Source: Fervidobacterium sp. (GTDB taxonomy: Bacteria > Thermotogota > Thermotogae > Thermotogales > Fervidobacteriaceae). Taken from it: 64,000 nucleotides of DNA. Location of the stretch: NCBI GenBank assembly GCA_049970055.1, contig JBMFNR010000001.1, forward strand, positions 448,001 through 512,000, written 5' to 3'. Of this stretch, positions 39,769 to 48,547 are shown piece after piece. Under the pieces are notes generated by a model, which worked only from the letters and a program-made list of their open reading frames with translations, had not been told where the DNA came from and did no database searches. Made by a program: the position numbers and the translations under genes. The number at the start of each line of letters is the position of its first letter. The first letter of the stretch is position 1.

Positions 39769-42700
39769 TTATTTAAATAATTTGCTGATGTTGTCGTAAA
39801 GAGTTATAAGGTTGCTTATCACAGGTACCCACTCAAGTGCAGTTTTGAAAACATCAGATGGTACGTAAATTACATCACCTGGTTCAACGATTGGGTTGTC
39901 AGTTAACACTCCACCCGACAATGCTGCACTTAGGTTAACTCTAATCGGCTTTCCATTCACGCCACCTTTGTAAAGCCATACGCTTGACGGTGCTGCTTTT
40001 GCTGAGAAATAGCCTGATTGGATTATTGCTTGTAGTACGGTCATGTTCTCAGTCAGCTGGACAATACCCGGTTTGTTGACCTCCCCAAGTACGTATGCGT
40101 AATTTTCAGGCATGTCAAGTATCTTTATGACATCGCCTGGTTTGATGTTGTAACTTCGTGATTCCGAAATATTTTTAAGTTCTAGCATTTGCTTTTCGGT
40201 GCCCCTGACAATTTCGATTTTTCTATAGTTTTTGTCAATTCCGACTTTTGTGAGCACTTCGTAAAGTGTTGTGTTCTTGTCGATGTACAGCATTTTTGGT
40301 TTACCGTCTGGGGTTATCAAGTAAACGTAGTTTTCCTTATCAACATCAAATGTGATAATGGATTTGTTGATAAGTTGAATGTTTACCGATTCGCTCCAAG
40401 GAATTGTGTTGACGCTATCATCTGATATTATCGTTAGCTTGTTGCTTATTCCTTCCTTTATTCCGCCGAGTTTGCTGATTAATGTTCTTAAGTCGAACTC
40501 TTCACCTGAACTGAATTTGATAAGACCATTCGGCATTCCTTTGCCAAAAACATACACTTGGTTAGGTTCTTTAACAGTGACGTATACGAAATCTTTGTCT
40601 TGAAGCTCAGTGTTTTCAATCCCTTTATATACTTTATCGGCGTCGAATTGGCCAACTATTTTTCCATCTCTCATTATTATTACTTTGTCAGACGTGTAAT
40701 AAAGTTCTGGTCCTACGATGAGTCCTCCAAGTTTTGCAAAGAGTGTTTTTAAGTCTGGTGTCTCGTAGTAATCAAATTGTACCATTCCTGTTGTTTTGAT
40801 GTAGCCCATAGCTGTTACGAATATCGGTTTTTTTAGATAAACGTGTAGTATGCTACCTTTTGGTATTTGAGTGTCTTGCTCTAAGTTAAGTTTGACCGCT
40901 CCAAGCGTAATCTTGTCTAGTTGCTTAAAGTCGTTTAATCTCACTTTTGCAAGAATTCTATAAAGTGTTATCGGTTCATTGTATTCAAAAGTTACATAAG
41001 CTGATACGTCACCTACCAAATAGACTGCGTTTACTTGTGATTGTTTTAGTACTATCGTGTCGTATCTTTCAAGTGGAACGGTGACTGTTTCGTAGATGAG
41101 TTGGTCAAGTTTGTATTCCGTTTCTTCGGTGTTTCTTATAAGTACAACTTTTTCTAAGCTTTCTGGCTGTTGTATACCAAGTTTTTTGATTGCGTAAGAT
41201 AGTGTTCTTGGCTCTTTGTAAGAAAGTTCTATTGTTGGTACACTTGAGCCTATCGTTGTTACAATGAACGGTTCATACGTGAACTGAACGATGTCACCCA
41301 AAGAAAGTGTGTAGTCTTTCGTACCATAGATTACGTCTTTCAATGAGACTTTTACTTCGTTATTGATTATCGCCGTACCTTCGTTTTCTACATTCTCGTT
41401 TGGAAATCCAACTTTAGCGATAAGTAATTTCAGCGTTCTTGATTCTTGTGGTTCAAATACGATCTTTCCCTTTGTATTTGCCGTACCTTGGACGTATACA
41501 TAAAATTCTGGGTATTTTTTGATTTCAACTGTATCGTTATTTGATAGTGCGTACGAATCAAGCTTGCTCATATCAACAACTTTACCGTTGATTTTAATTG
41601 ATTCAATCCATTTCAGCTGGTCTGTCGGAATACCCCCAATTTTTGTAAGCAGGACATTGAGTGCTTTTGGTTCGTCTGGTTCAAATGTGATCGCCCCTGT
41701 TTTAAAGTCACCTGTGAGATAGACCTTGAATTCTGGGTATTTTTTGATTTCAACTGTATCGTTATTTGATAGTGCGTACGAATCAAGCTTGCTCATATCA
41801 ACAACTTTACCGTTGATTTTAATTGATTCAATCCATTTCAGCTGGTCTGTCGGAATACCCCCAATTTTTGTAAGCAGGACATTGAGTGCTTTTGGTTCGT
41901 CTGGTTCAAATGTGATCGCCCCTGTTTTAAAGTCACCTGTGAGATAGACCTTGAATTCTGGGTATTTTACAACTTCGATAATACTTCCGGAAGGTAACTT
42001 AACCAGCGAGGCCGTTGAAAGTATGGAAGGTGCGTACTGTTGTGTTTTTCCATCGGGTTTTGTAATTACTATTTTTTCGATCCATTTTTCGCTATCTTTT
42101 GATATGCCTCCAGCTTTCGCTAGGGCAAGTGCGAGGTTCATATCTTCCTCAAGAAAGAATGTTTTAGCTCCAGTAGACGGGACAAAGCCAATAACGTAGA
42201 CGAATCGTTCATCTCTTTTAGGAATGTAAAGAGAGGCTCCAGCAGATATTGGGTAATCAACTTTACCAGCAATTACATCTTCCAAGTTAACGTTTTGCGA
42301 TTTTCCAAATACCGTTAAGATTGATGATTCTATCTGAGCTCTTTCTTCGTCAAGCGCTCCAAGTTTGAAAAGCACGCTTCTAAGTGTCATACCTGGTTCA
42401 TATTGAATAAGTAAAGTATACGCACCAGTAACTTGAATCTGGGATTTATAGTCAAGTGGTGGAAAGTATACCGTATCATTTTCTTGTAGTACCATGTCAT
42501 TCGTGACTTTTCCCTCGTAAAAGTATGAAAGCATGTTAAACTTAGTTGTTTTTCCTGCACGAATTACCAAAATGTTCTCAAAGTCGATAGGAGATGATTT
42601 ATCTATTGAAAGATAAGTGAAAAGCTTTGAAAGGGTAGCCTCGGGCATAAATGAAATGTCGAAGACTCTATTGATCGCTCCTTGAATGTATACATACATA

Positions 42701-42981
42701 GGGGCGTAATCAACGATGTACACTGTAATAACTGGGTCCTTGATTAAATTTTTGATGTATGGTTCTACAAATTTCTTAATCTCATCTACCGTTTTTCCAA
42801 CTACTTTTAGGCTTCCAGCGAATGGGTATGTTATCGTGCCGTCATTTGCAACTTTCACAACTTTGCTCAGTGATGGTTGATTAAAAACTTCGATCGCAAT
42901 TGTGTCTCCTACACGTACTGTATATGAGAACGCAAAAGCAACGAAAAGTATAAAAAATGCTGAAAGGATATTCTTTCTCAT
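39769..42981 (-). CDS. Polysaccharide export protein (Wza/Poly_export plus many SLBB domains)
   Basis: Signal peptide; GDTI.IEV, DGTITYPFAG; repeated SLBB units ending in VLGEVNKPG...GDVIYVP. Confidence 0.87.
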   Translation of the reverse strand: MRKNILSAFFILFVAFAFSYTVRVGDTIAIEVFNQPSLSKVVKVANDGTITYPFAGSLKVVGKTVDEIKKFVEPYIKNLIKDPVITVYIVDYAPMYVYIQGAINRVFDISFMPEATLSKLFTYLSIDKSSPIDFENILVIRAGKTTKFNMLSYFYEGKVTNDMVLQENDTVYFPPLDYKSQIQVTGAYTLLIQYEPGMTLRSVLFKLGALDEERAQIESSILTVFGKSQNVNLEDVIAGKVDYPISAGASLYIPKRDERFVYVIGFVPSTGAKTFFLEEDMNLALALAKAGGISKDSEKWIEKIVITKPDGKTQQYAPSILSTASLVKLPSGSIIEVVKYPEFKVYLTGDFKTGAITFEPDEPKALNVLLTKIGGIPTDQLKWIESIKINGKVVDMSKLDSYALSNNDTVEIKKYPEFKVYLTGDFKTGAITFEPDEPKALNVLLTKIGGIPTDQLKWIESIKINGKVVDMSKLDSYALSNNDTVEIKKYPEFYVYVQGTANTKGKIVFEPQESRTLKLLIAKVGFPNENVENEGTAIINNEVKVSLKDVIYGTKDYTLSLGDIVQFTYEPFIVTTIGSSVPTIELSYKEPRTLSYAIKKLGIQQPESLEKVVLIRNTEETEYKLDQLIYETVTVPLERYDTIVLKQSQVNAVYLVGDVSAYVTFEYNEPITLYRILAKVRLNDFKQLDKITLGAVKLNLEQDTQIPKGSILHVYLKKPIFVTAMGYIKTTGMVQFDYYETPDLKTLFAKLGGLIVGPELYYTSDKVIIMRDGKIVGQFDADKVYKGIENTELQDKDFVYVTVKEPNQVYVFGKGMPNGLIKFSSGEEFDLRTLISKLGGIKEGISNKLTIISDDSVNTIPWSESVNIQLINKSIITFDVDKENYVYLITPDGKPKMLYIDKNTTLYEVLTKVGIDKNYRKIEIVRGTEKQMLELKNISESRSYNIKPGDVIKILDMPENYAYVLGEVNKPGIVQLTENMTVLQAIIQSGYFSAKAAPSSVWLYKGGVNGKPIRVNLSAALSGGVLTDNPIVEPGDVIYVPSDVFKTALEWVPVISNLITLYDNISKLFK
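41504..41968. repeat. In-frame 225-bp tandem duplication inside the export gene
   Basis: Unit starts AATTCTGGGTATTTT at 41504, 41729 and 41954; the two full copies look identical (75 aa repeated). Confidence 0.92.
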
Positions 42982-43095
42982 TTTTCCGTCCTCCCTTATC
43001 TTGATTTTCACATAAGTTCTAAAAAAGATTATATCACCAAGTAAAATGTCTGTATGTTACACAATTGTTAATTCTGCCGTACTTTAAAAATTTTT

Positions 43096-43124
43096 TTGAC
43101 TTCCGATAATGTATATGGTATAAT
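43096..43124 (+). promoter_or_regulatory. Sigma70 promoter
   Basis: TTGACT-17-TATAAT with extended TG. Confidence 0.7.
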
Positions 43125-43177
43125 TCATTCAGTGAATGAATAATGGTAAAGGCAACCTAACACAGGGAGGTTTTGGT

Positions 43178-44476
43178 ATGAGTCTATATGAGAAGATATT
43201 GAGTAAGAAAGCCATAGTAGGTGTTATTGGAATGGGATATGTTGGTTTGCCGTTGGCTGTTGAGAAAGCGCGAGCGGGATACAAGGTGGTAGGATTTGAT
43301 ATTCAGCACAAGAGAGTCGACATGATTAACCGTGGTGAGAATTATATAGGTGATGTGGATGATAGTGAGCTGAGAGAGCTGGCTTCTTCTGGAAGTTTAA
43401 GGGCAACAACGGATTTCGATGAACTCGAAAAGTGTGATGTTATAAGTATATGCGTGCCAACACCCCTTGATAAATTCAAGCAACCCGACCTAAGCTATAT
43501 AATAAATAGCGCACATGAAATTAGAAGGAGGCTCAGGAAAGGGCAATTAATCGTACTTGAGAGCACGACATACCCCGGTACAACGGATGAAGTAGTTTTG
43601 CCCATCCTTGAACAAAGCGGTCTGAAGGTTGGAAAAGATTTCTATCTTGCTTTTAGTCCAGAGCGAGTAGATCCGGGTAATCCAAGGTACAAGACAAGGA
43701 ATACGCCAAAGGTTGTTGGTGGTATAACACCTGAGTGTACTAAGCATGCCGTTGCACTGTACGAAAATGTTTTAGAAGCGGGTGTTTTCCCAGTTTCTTC
43801 CCCAAAAGCCGCTGAGATGACGAAGATTTTGGAAAATACGTTTAGACTTGTGAATATAGCGCTTGTTCAGGAGATGACAAAGGTTGCAAACAAGATGGGA
43901 ATTAATATTTGGGAGGTTATTGATGCTGCCGCAACAAAACCTTTCGGATACATGCCATTTTACCCGGGCCCCGGAATAGGTGGACATTGTATACCTATTG
44001 ATCCGTTTTATCTTGTTTATAAGGCTAAGGAATATGATTTACATATGATGCTCATTGAACAAGCTGGTGAGATTTCTGATGGTATGCCATATTACGTCGT
44101 TGATAGGCTAACGGATATATTAAACGATCGAAAAAAGTGCTTGAATGGCACTAATATATTGATATTGGGTGTTACATACAAAGGAAATATCGATGATTTG
44201 AGAGAAAGCCCCGCTTTAAAAGTTATTGAGATTTTAGAGAGAAAGAAGGTCAATGTGTTCTATTACGATCCATTCGTTTCAGAGTTTACACACAATGGTA
44301 AGCATTACAAAAGAGTGGAACTTTCAGAAGAGTTTCTAAAGAGTATGGATGGTGCGATGATTACTTCCGGGCATACAATAGGCATAGATTATGAATATAT
44401 CACCAAACACGTTCCATTTGTCTTTGATACAAAGAACGTTACAAAAGGAAAGTATGAAAATGTGATATTGCTATAG
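43178..44476 (+). CDS. Nucleotide-sugar dehydrogenase (UDP-GlcNAc/ManNAc 6-dehydrogenase, WbpA/WecC-like)
   Basis: GMGYVGLP, CVPTP, LESTTYPG, SPERVDPG, GGHCIP, DLRESP. Confidence 0.9.
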   Translation: MSLYEKILSKKAIVGVIGMGYVGLPLAVEKARAGYKVVGFDIQHKRVDMINRGENYIGDVDDSELRELASSGSLRATTDFDELEKCDVISICVPTPLDKFKQPDLSYIINSAHEIRRRLRKGQLIVLESTTYPGTTDEVVLPILEQSGLKVGKDFYLAFSPERVDPGNPRYKTRNTPKVVGGITPECTKHAVALYENVLEAGVFPVSSPKAAEMTKILENTFRLVNIALVQEMTKVANKMGINIWEVIDAAATKPFGYMPFYPGPGIGGHCIPIDPFYLVYKAKEYDLHMMLIEQAGEISDGMPYYVVDRLTDILNDRKKCLNGTNILILGVTYKGNIDDLRESPALKVIEILERKKVNVFYYDPFVSEFTHNGKHYKRVELSEEFLKSMDGAMITSGHTIGIDYEYITKHVPFVFDTKNVTKGKYENVILL

Positions 44477-44501
44477 AATTTCTGAAGATGCATATATAAA
44501 G

Positions 44502-44530
44502 AACCGGTGGTGGTCAAGCCCCACCGGTTT
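44502..44530. terminator. Bidirectional terminator
   Basis: AACCGGTGG...CCACCGGTT hairpin between convergent genes. Confidence 0.7.
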
Positions 44531-46382
44531 ATTCATACCTCATTTCAATGTATCTGTTTGAAGCATTCCAAAGCATGTATTCATTTATACCAAGGTCTTT
44601 GAGTGCTTGGATTTGTTTTCTTATCTCTTTCTCAGTGTAAGTTATATGCCCTTTCACCCAGGTTGCTGTAAATGCCTGGATCCACGGCCGTATTCGTGCC
44701 GGTGATGGGACGTGCCTGTTGCGAATAATTCCATCTGAGACGGAATTGTAGACGGTTTCATATGGATAGGCATCAGGTATCGGTAGTCTAAACGAGCCGT
44801 TCGCGTAGTGACTTGGGTACACCATTGGGCAAACATAGTCAACAGTATTTGAAATTAATTCCCAGTGCTGACCTATGCCAAGGTCGTCGATAACGTTGGG
44901 GACAAGGCCAAATATGTCTACTGCAAGAGGCACGTTATACGGTTCAAGCTCTTTCTTTGATTTTACCAAGAACTTGTAAATCGCTTCTGCCATTGTTTCG
45001 TTTCCTGGTCGACGGAGATTTACTCTTTCGCGTGTATCCTTTGTCAGTTCCGGGAACCTTACGTAATCGTACTGTATTTCGTCGAAACCAACTTCTATAG
45101 CTTCTTTTGCAACTGCGATGTTGTAATCCCACAATTCTCTGTCGTACGCAGATGCCCACGGTACTCTGTAAACACCCATATACGGCTCTCCAGTGTCTTT
45201 GTAAACGATGGCTTTATTCATATGTGTTCGTGCATAAGTTGGATCTTTAAAGCAAACAATCCTCGCAATTAGATATATACCCTGTAATTTGAGGTGGAAG
45301 ATTATCTGTTTTATCTCTTCCTTCGTGTAAGCGGCATCTTTGTTTGCATTTGGTGAGTAAGTTAAAGCAGTCTGTGATTTGAAAAGCATCGTACCTTCGT
45401 CGTCTTTGACATCTATAACAAGAGCATTTAGGTTATTTCGCTTAACAAATGCTGCGTATTTTTCAAGGTTTTCTTTTGAGCTTGCGGTGGCACGGGAAAT
45501 GTATATACCACGAATATCTGGAACTTTAGCAGGTACTTTCTTAATGGGGTTAAGTTGTAGTGAGTCTGGAGATGAAAGAAGTAATTTTCCTATATTTGTT
45601 AAATTTACAGATCTAATCCAACCTTCCTTTTGTGTGTTTTCATCTGATAGGAAGATTATCTTTGTATATGTGGTTTGATTGAACTCTTTTTCTTCCATGA
45701 TTTTTACGTATTTACCGTATTTAAGCTTGGTTATTTCGTTTCTTGTTTCGGGTGAATCAAATACACTTGTTCCACCTGCGTTAATAAATGCAAGTTCATA
45801 GAGCGACGAAATTTTAATGCCTTCGTCTTGGCTATTTTGACTAGCTCGGGAATCAGTTGTTTTCTGGCTTTTGTATTGTGTATTTTTCACATTGTTTTGA
45901 ATTGTGTCAGTCGCTTGTGGAGTCTTTTCAATTATATTTTTGCTTGAAGTGTTTGGAGTGTTTTCTTTTGAATTTTCTACGTTTACATCTTTTGTTGTTA
46001 CTGTTGACTGAGGCAATGTGTTTGTATCGTTGCCGGTAATTTCAATCTTGATTGTAGAGGAAGCTGATAAGATATCGCTGGGGGTTGTTTGGTTTGAGGA
46101 CATACCAGTTGTGGAACTTTCAATCGTTGAAGATGCAGGATTTGTCAATCTTTGCCCCGACTGTTGCTGATTTTCAGCATAGGCTTTTTCGAAAAAGTAA
46201 AGGTACGTAAAGAGCGCTGATAATACAATGATGGAAATAATGAAAGTAAAAAAGGCAATTTTGTGAAGTTTTTCTTCGCGTATTCTTTTCATGGTTAATT
46301 TACCTTGTTGACTCATTTTGTAAATCTTATTTAAAAACCTGTACTCTCTTTTTTGTTTGTTTTTGGGGTTATTTAACGACAT
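44529..46382 (-). CDS. Membrane-anchored putative glycoside hydrolase (DUF4015-like TIM barrel) with S/T-rich linker and SH3-like domain
   Basis: RGIY, NALVIDVKDD, IARIVCFKD, GFDEIQYDYVRFP, PMVYPSHY, RPWIQAF. Confidence 0.8.
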   Translation of the reverse strand: MSLNNPKNKQKREYRFLNKIYKMSQQGKLTMKRIREEKLHKIAFFTFIISIIVLSALFTYLYFFEKAYAENQQQSGQRLTNPASSTIESSTTGMSSNQTTPSDILSASSTIKIEITGNDTNTLPQSTVTTKDVNVENSKENTPNTSSKNIIEKTPQATDTIQNNVKNTQYKSQKTTDSRASQNSQDEGIKISSLYELAFINAGGTSVFDSPETRNEITKLKYGKYVKIMEEKEFNQTTYTKIIFLSDENTQKEGWIRSVNLTNIGKLLLSSPDSLQLNPIKKVPAKVPDIRGIYISRATASSKENLEKYAAFVKRNNLNALVIDVKDDEGTMLFKSQTALTYSPNANKDAAYTKEEIKQIIFHLKLQGIYLIARIVCFKDPTYARTHMNKAIVYKDTGEPYMGVYRVPWASAYDRELWDYNIAVAKEAIEVGFDEIQYDYVRFPELTKDTRERVNLRRPGNETMAEAIYKFLVKSKKELEPYNVPLAVDIFGLVPNVIDDLGIGQHWELISNTVDYVCPMVYPSHYANGSFRLPIPDAYPYETVYNSVSDGIIRNRHVPSPARIRPWIQAFTATWVKGHITYTEKEIRKQIQALKDLGINEYMLWNASNRYIEMRYE

Positions 46383-46556
46383 TCAACCATCCTTCCTACT
46401 CTAGGAGTTTGTTTTGACTAATACACTTGATTATTGTAACATAAAAAAGATTTTTGGTGAAGGGGATTGCGAACGACAGCTTGAATGTTGCTCAGAGTGT
46501 GATATAATAAATATAGTAATTATGGTAGAAGATAGACTAGATAGGAGGTGTGAATT

Positions 46557-46763
46557 ATGCCAATGTATAGGTACGTGTGCTCCTCGTGTGGGAACGAAGA
46601 ATTACACCTTCACAGTATTAACGACTCGCCAGCGATTAAGTGCGGTAAATGTGGTAACACGATGACGAAAGCGGTGGGTAGAGTTGGCATTGTTTTTAAA
46701 GGTAGCGGATTTTATATTACCGATAATAAGAAGACTTCAGTAAGCGAAACAAAAAGCGAATAA
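46557..46763 (+). CDS. FmdB-family zinc-ribbon protein
   Basis: MPMYRYVCSSCG...CGKCG...FKGSGFYITD. Confidence 0.88.
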   Translation: MPMYRYVCSSCGNEELHLHSINDSPAIKCGKCGNTMTKAVGRVGIVFKGSGFYITDNKKTSVSETKSE

Positions 46764-46776
46764 GCAATAAAAAATA

Positions 46777-46796
46777 AAGCCCCCACATGGGGGCTT
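46777..46796. terminator. Bidirectional terminator
   Basis: AAGCCCCC-acat-GGGGGCTT preceded by an A tract. Confidence 0.75.
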
Positions 46797-46815
46797 AATT
46801 ATTCTCCTCAATGGT

Positions 46816-47016
46816 TTACTTTATCACTTTAACATTGGCCGCTTGAGGACCCTTTTGGCCGTTTTGAACGTCAAATTCGACTTTGTCTCCCTCTTTCAAT
46901 GTCTTGTAACCTTCAGCTTGAATAGCACTGTAGTGGACAAAGATGTCTTCTCCGTCTTCTTTTGTGATAAAACCGTAACCTTTCTTTGCATCAAACCACT
47001 TAACTGTTCCTTTCAT
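46816..47016 (-). CDS. csp: Cold-shock protein
   Basis: KGTVKWF, KGYGFI (RNP1), VFVH-type DIFVHYS (RNP2). Confidence 0.96.
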   Translation of the reverse strand: MKGTVKWFDAKKGYGFITKEDGEDIFVHYSAIQAEGYKTLKEGDKVEFDVQNGQKGPQAANVKVIK

Positions 47017-47070
47017 GTAAAACGCCTCCTAAAATCTTAGTTTCTTTCCGCTCTTTAAGGCGGTTGATTC

Positions 47071-47099
47071 ATTATACACCCTTGAGGTTAAAAAGTCAA
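47071..47099 (-). promoter_or_regulatory. Sigma70 promoter of csp
   Basis: TTGACT-17-TATAAT on the minus strand. Confidence 0.7.
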
Positions 47100-47238
47100 T
47101 AGTTTTTCGGAACTTTTTTAAGTGCTTTTCGGTGTTGACAAATTTGTGTTTTTCGTTTAGAATATGTGCTGGATTTAAGAGGTTTACTTTAGAAATATAT
47201 GAAAGAATAAGAAAAATTAGGGAAAATAAAAAAGACAC

Positions 47239-47266
47239 TTGACAGAAAGGCAAAATATGATAAAAT
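47239..47266 (+). promoter_or_regulatory. Sigma70 promoter of tRNA-Asn
   Basis: TTGACA-16-TAAAAT with extended TG. Confidence 0.6.
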
Positions 47267-47287
47267 TGTATATGTAATGATAATAGT

Positions 47288-47363
47288 TCCGGCGTAGCTC
47301 AATCGGCAGAGCGGGTGGCTGTTAACCACTAGGTTGGGGGTTCGAGTCCCTCCGCCGGAGCCA
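47288..47363 (+). tRNA. tRNA-Asn (GTT)
   Basis: TCCGGCG acceptor stem, TAGCTCAATCGGCAGAGC D arm, CTGTTAA anticodon loop, GGTTCGAGTCC T arm, encoded CCA. Confidence 0.97.
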
Positions 47364-47370
47364 AATAAAG

Positions 47371-47409
47371 AAAAAGAGCGGTTGGAGAACCGCTCTTTTT
47401 GTTTTTTTT
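47371..47409. terminator. Bidirectional terminator after tRNA
   Basis: AAAAAGAGCGGTT-ggag-AACCGCTCTTTTT. Confidence 0.85.
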
Positions 47410-47416
47410 GATTATT

Positions 47417-47896
47417 TTATATCATACTTCCTTCACTGAACATCGATAAGTCTTCGCCCATTAATCTTTCCGTAAGTGTTTTCAAGTGCTGTTTTTCTTC
47501 GTTTATAATCTCTTCAACAGGTTTTGGATCGGGAACAATGAGCTTGAGTTCGTTGTAGTAAATTATTGAATCTTTTTCCACTTCTATAGCTTTTCTAAGT
47601 GCTCCTACAAGTGTTTCAGGAATTTCTTCTTTTTCAATTTCCGGGAATATAAAGGCTTTTGCGTAGGTTTCTGCATAACCGGTTACCTCTTCGTTTTGCC
47701 AAGTTGCAAAATTGCTATCGCTTTCGTATTTTTTCATAATCTCTTCAAAGCGCTTTGCGTGGTCTCTTTCCTGATTTGCTAGATCTTGGAACAATGTTTT
47801 TAGGTTGCCGCTAGCTTTTTCTGCAAGTTTTGTGTAGTATGAATAACCAGCTCCTTCAACCTTGATAGCTATTGAGAGAAGTTCCTTGCCTGTCAT
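47417..47896 (-). CDS. Ferritin-like / rubrerythrin-family di-iron protein
   Basis: AIKVE...YY, ERDH, AIEVEKDSIIYY, EEKQH. Confidence 0.88.
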   Translation of the reverse strand: MTGKELLSIAIKVEGAGYSYYTKLAEKASGNLKTLFQDLANQERDHAKRFEEIMKKYESDSNFATWQNEEVTGYAETYAKAFIFPEIEKEEIPETLVGALRKAIEVEKDSIIYYNELKLIVPDPKPVEEIINEEKQHLKTLTERLMGEDLSMFSEGSMI

Positions 47897-47974
47897 AAGC
47901 TCACCTCCTTATTATGGTTAAAAAGATTTTTGGCTATGTGATGAAATTTTCACATGTTGTCACTCTTTATTATA

Positions 47975-48415
47975 TCATCTTCTTAAAAATTTTTGCCAAT
48001 TTTTCATTTGAATATGTGGTTTGTCAGGAAGGCTTTTCCACCGACCACCCCATTCGAGACCTAATGATTCTGCTATTTTTCCACATGTTTCCCACAAGAA
48101 ATCATTGTTCCAAACAACTTTCCCATCTACAACTGGAACAAAATCAAACGCGAGACCATAACAATGAGGTGAGCTTTTTAGATGTGTGACTATTTTATTT
48201 TCAGATTCCTTAATCGGTTCTAACCCCGCCTTTTCACGGGCTAAATTTACAACGCTGATAGGCGTCCTGCCTTGTAAATAAAGGGCCTCTTGTTCTTGTT
48301 TTGTCCTAAGCGTACTGTAAATTTTGACTCTAATGCCTTGTTTTTCACATTCTGTTATGAAAATGTAAGCTAATCGTTTAAAATGTTCGTTAAGTTTTTC
48401 CAAATCACTTGTCAT
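47975..48415 (-). CDS. M15 family peptidoglycan peptidase (L-Ala-D-Glu endopeptidase, CwlK/Ply500-like)
   Basis: LRTKQEQEALYLQGRT, SPHCYGLAFD (SxHxxGxAxD), LEWGGRW, DKPH; no signal peptide. Confidence 0.88.
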   Translation of the reverse strand: MTSDLEKLNEHFKRLAYIFITECEKQGIRVKIYSTLRTKQEQEALYLQGRTPISVVNLAREKAGLEPIKESENKIVTHLKSSPHCYGLAFDFVPVVDGKVVWNNDFLWETCGKIAESLGLEWGGRWKSLPDKPHIQMKNWQKFLRR

Positions 48416-48547
48416 ATTTTATCACCTCCCCTATTGATTTATCTACTACCTTTTGTGTTATAATAATCTAAAATTTAGGAAATTTCGTTTTTCTGACACA
48501 TATTCATGGCCGTAAGGGCTTACAAAAAAAGACAGGGAGGGATTCTC

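Noticed and set aside
47288..48415. Prophage or integrative element at tRNA-Asn
   Set aside because: No integrase or phage structural genes, and no duplicate of the tRNA 3' end noticed in the window.
48416..48547. Lysine riboswitch ahead of the NhaC-family transporter
   Set aside because: Intergenic space is too short and shared with a divergent gene; no L-box consensus seen.
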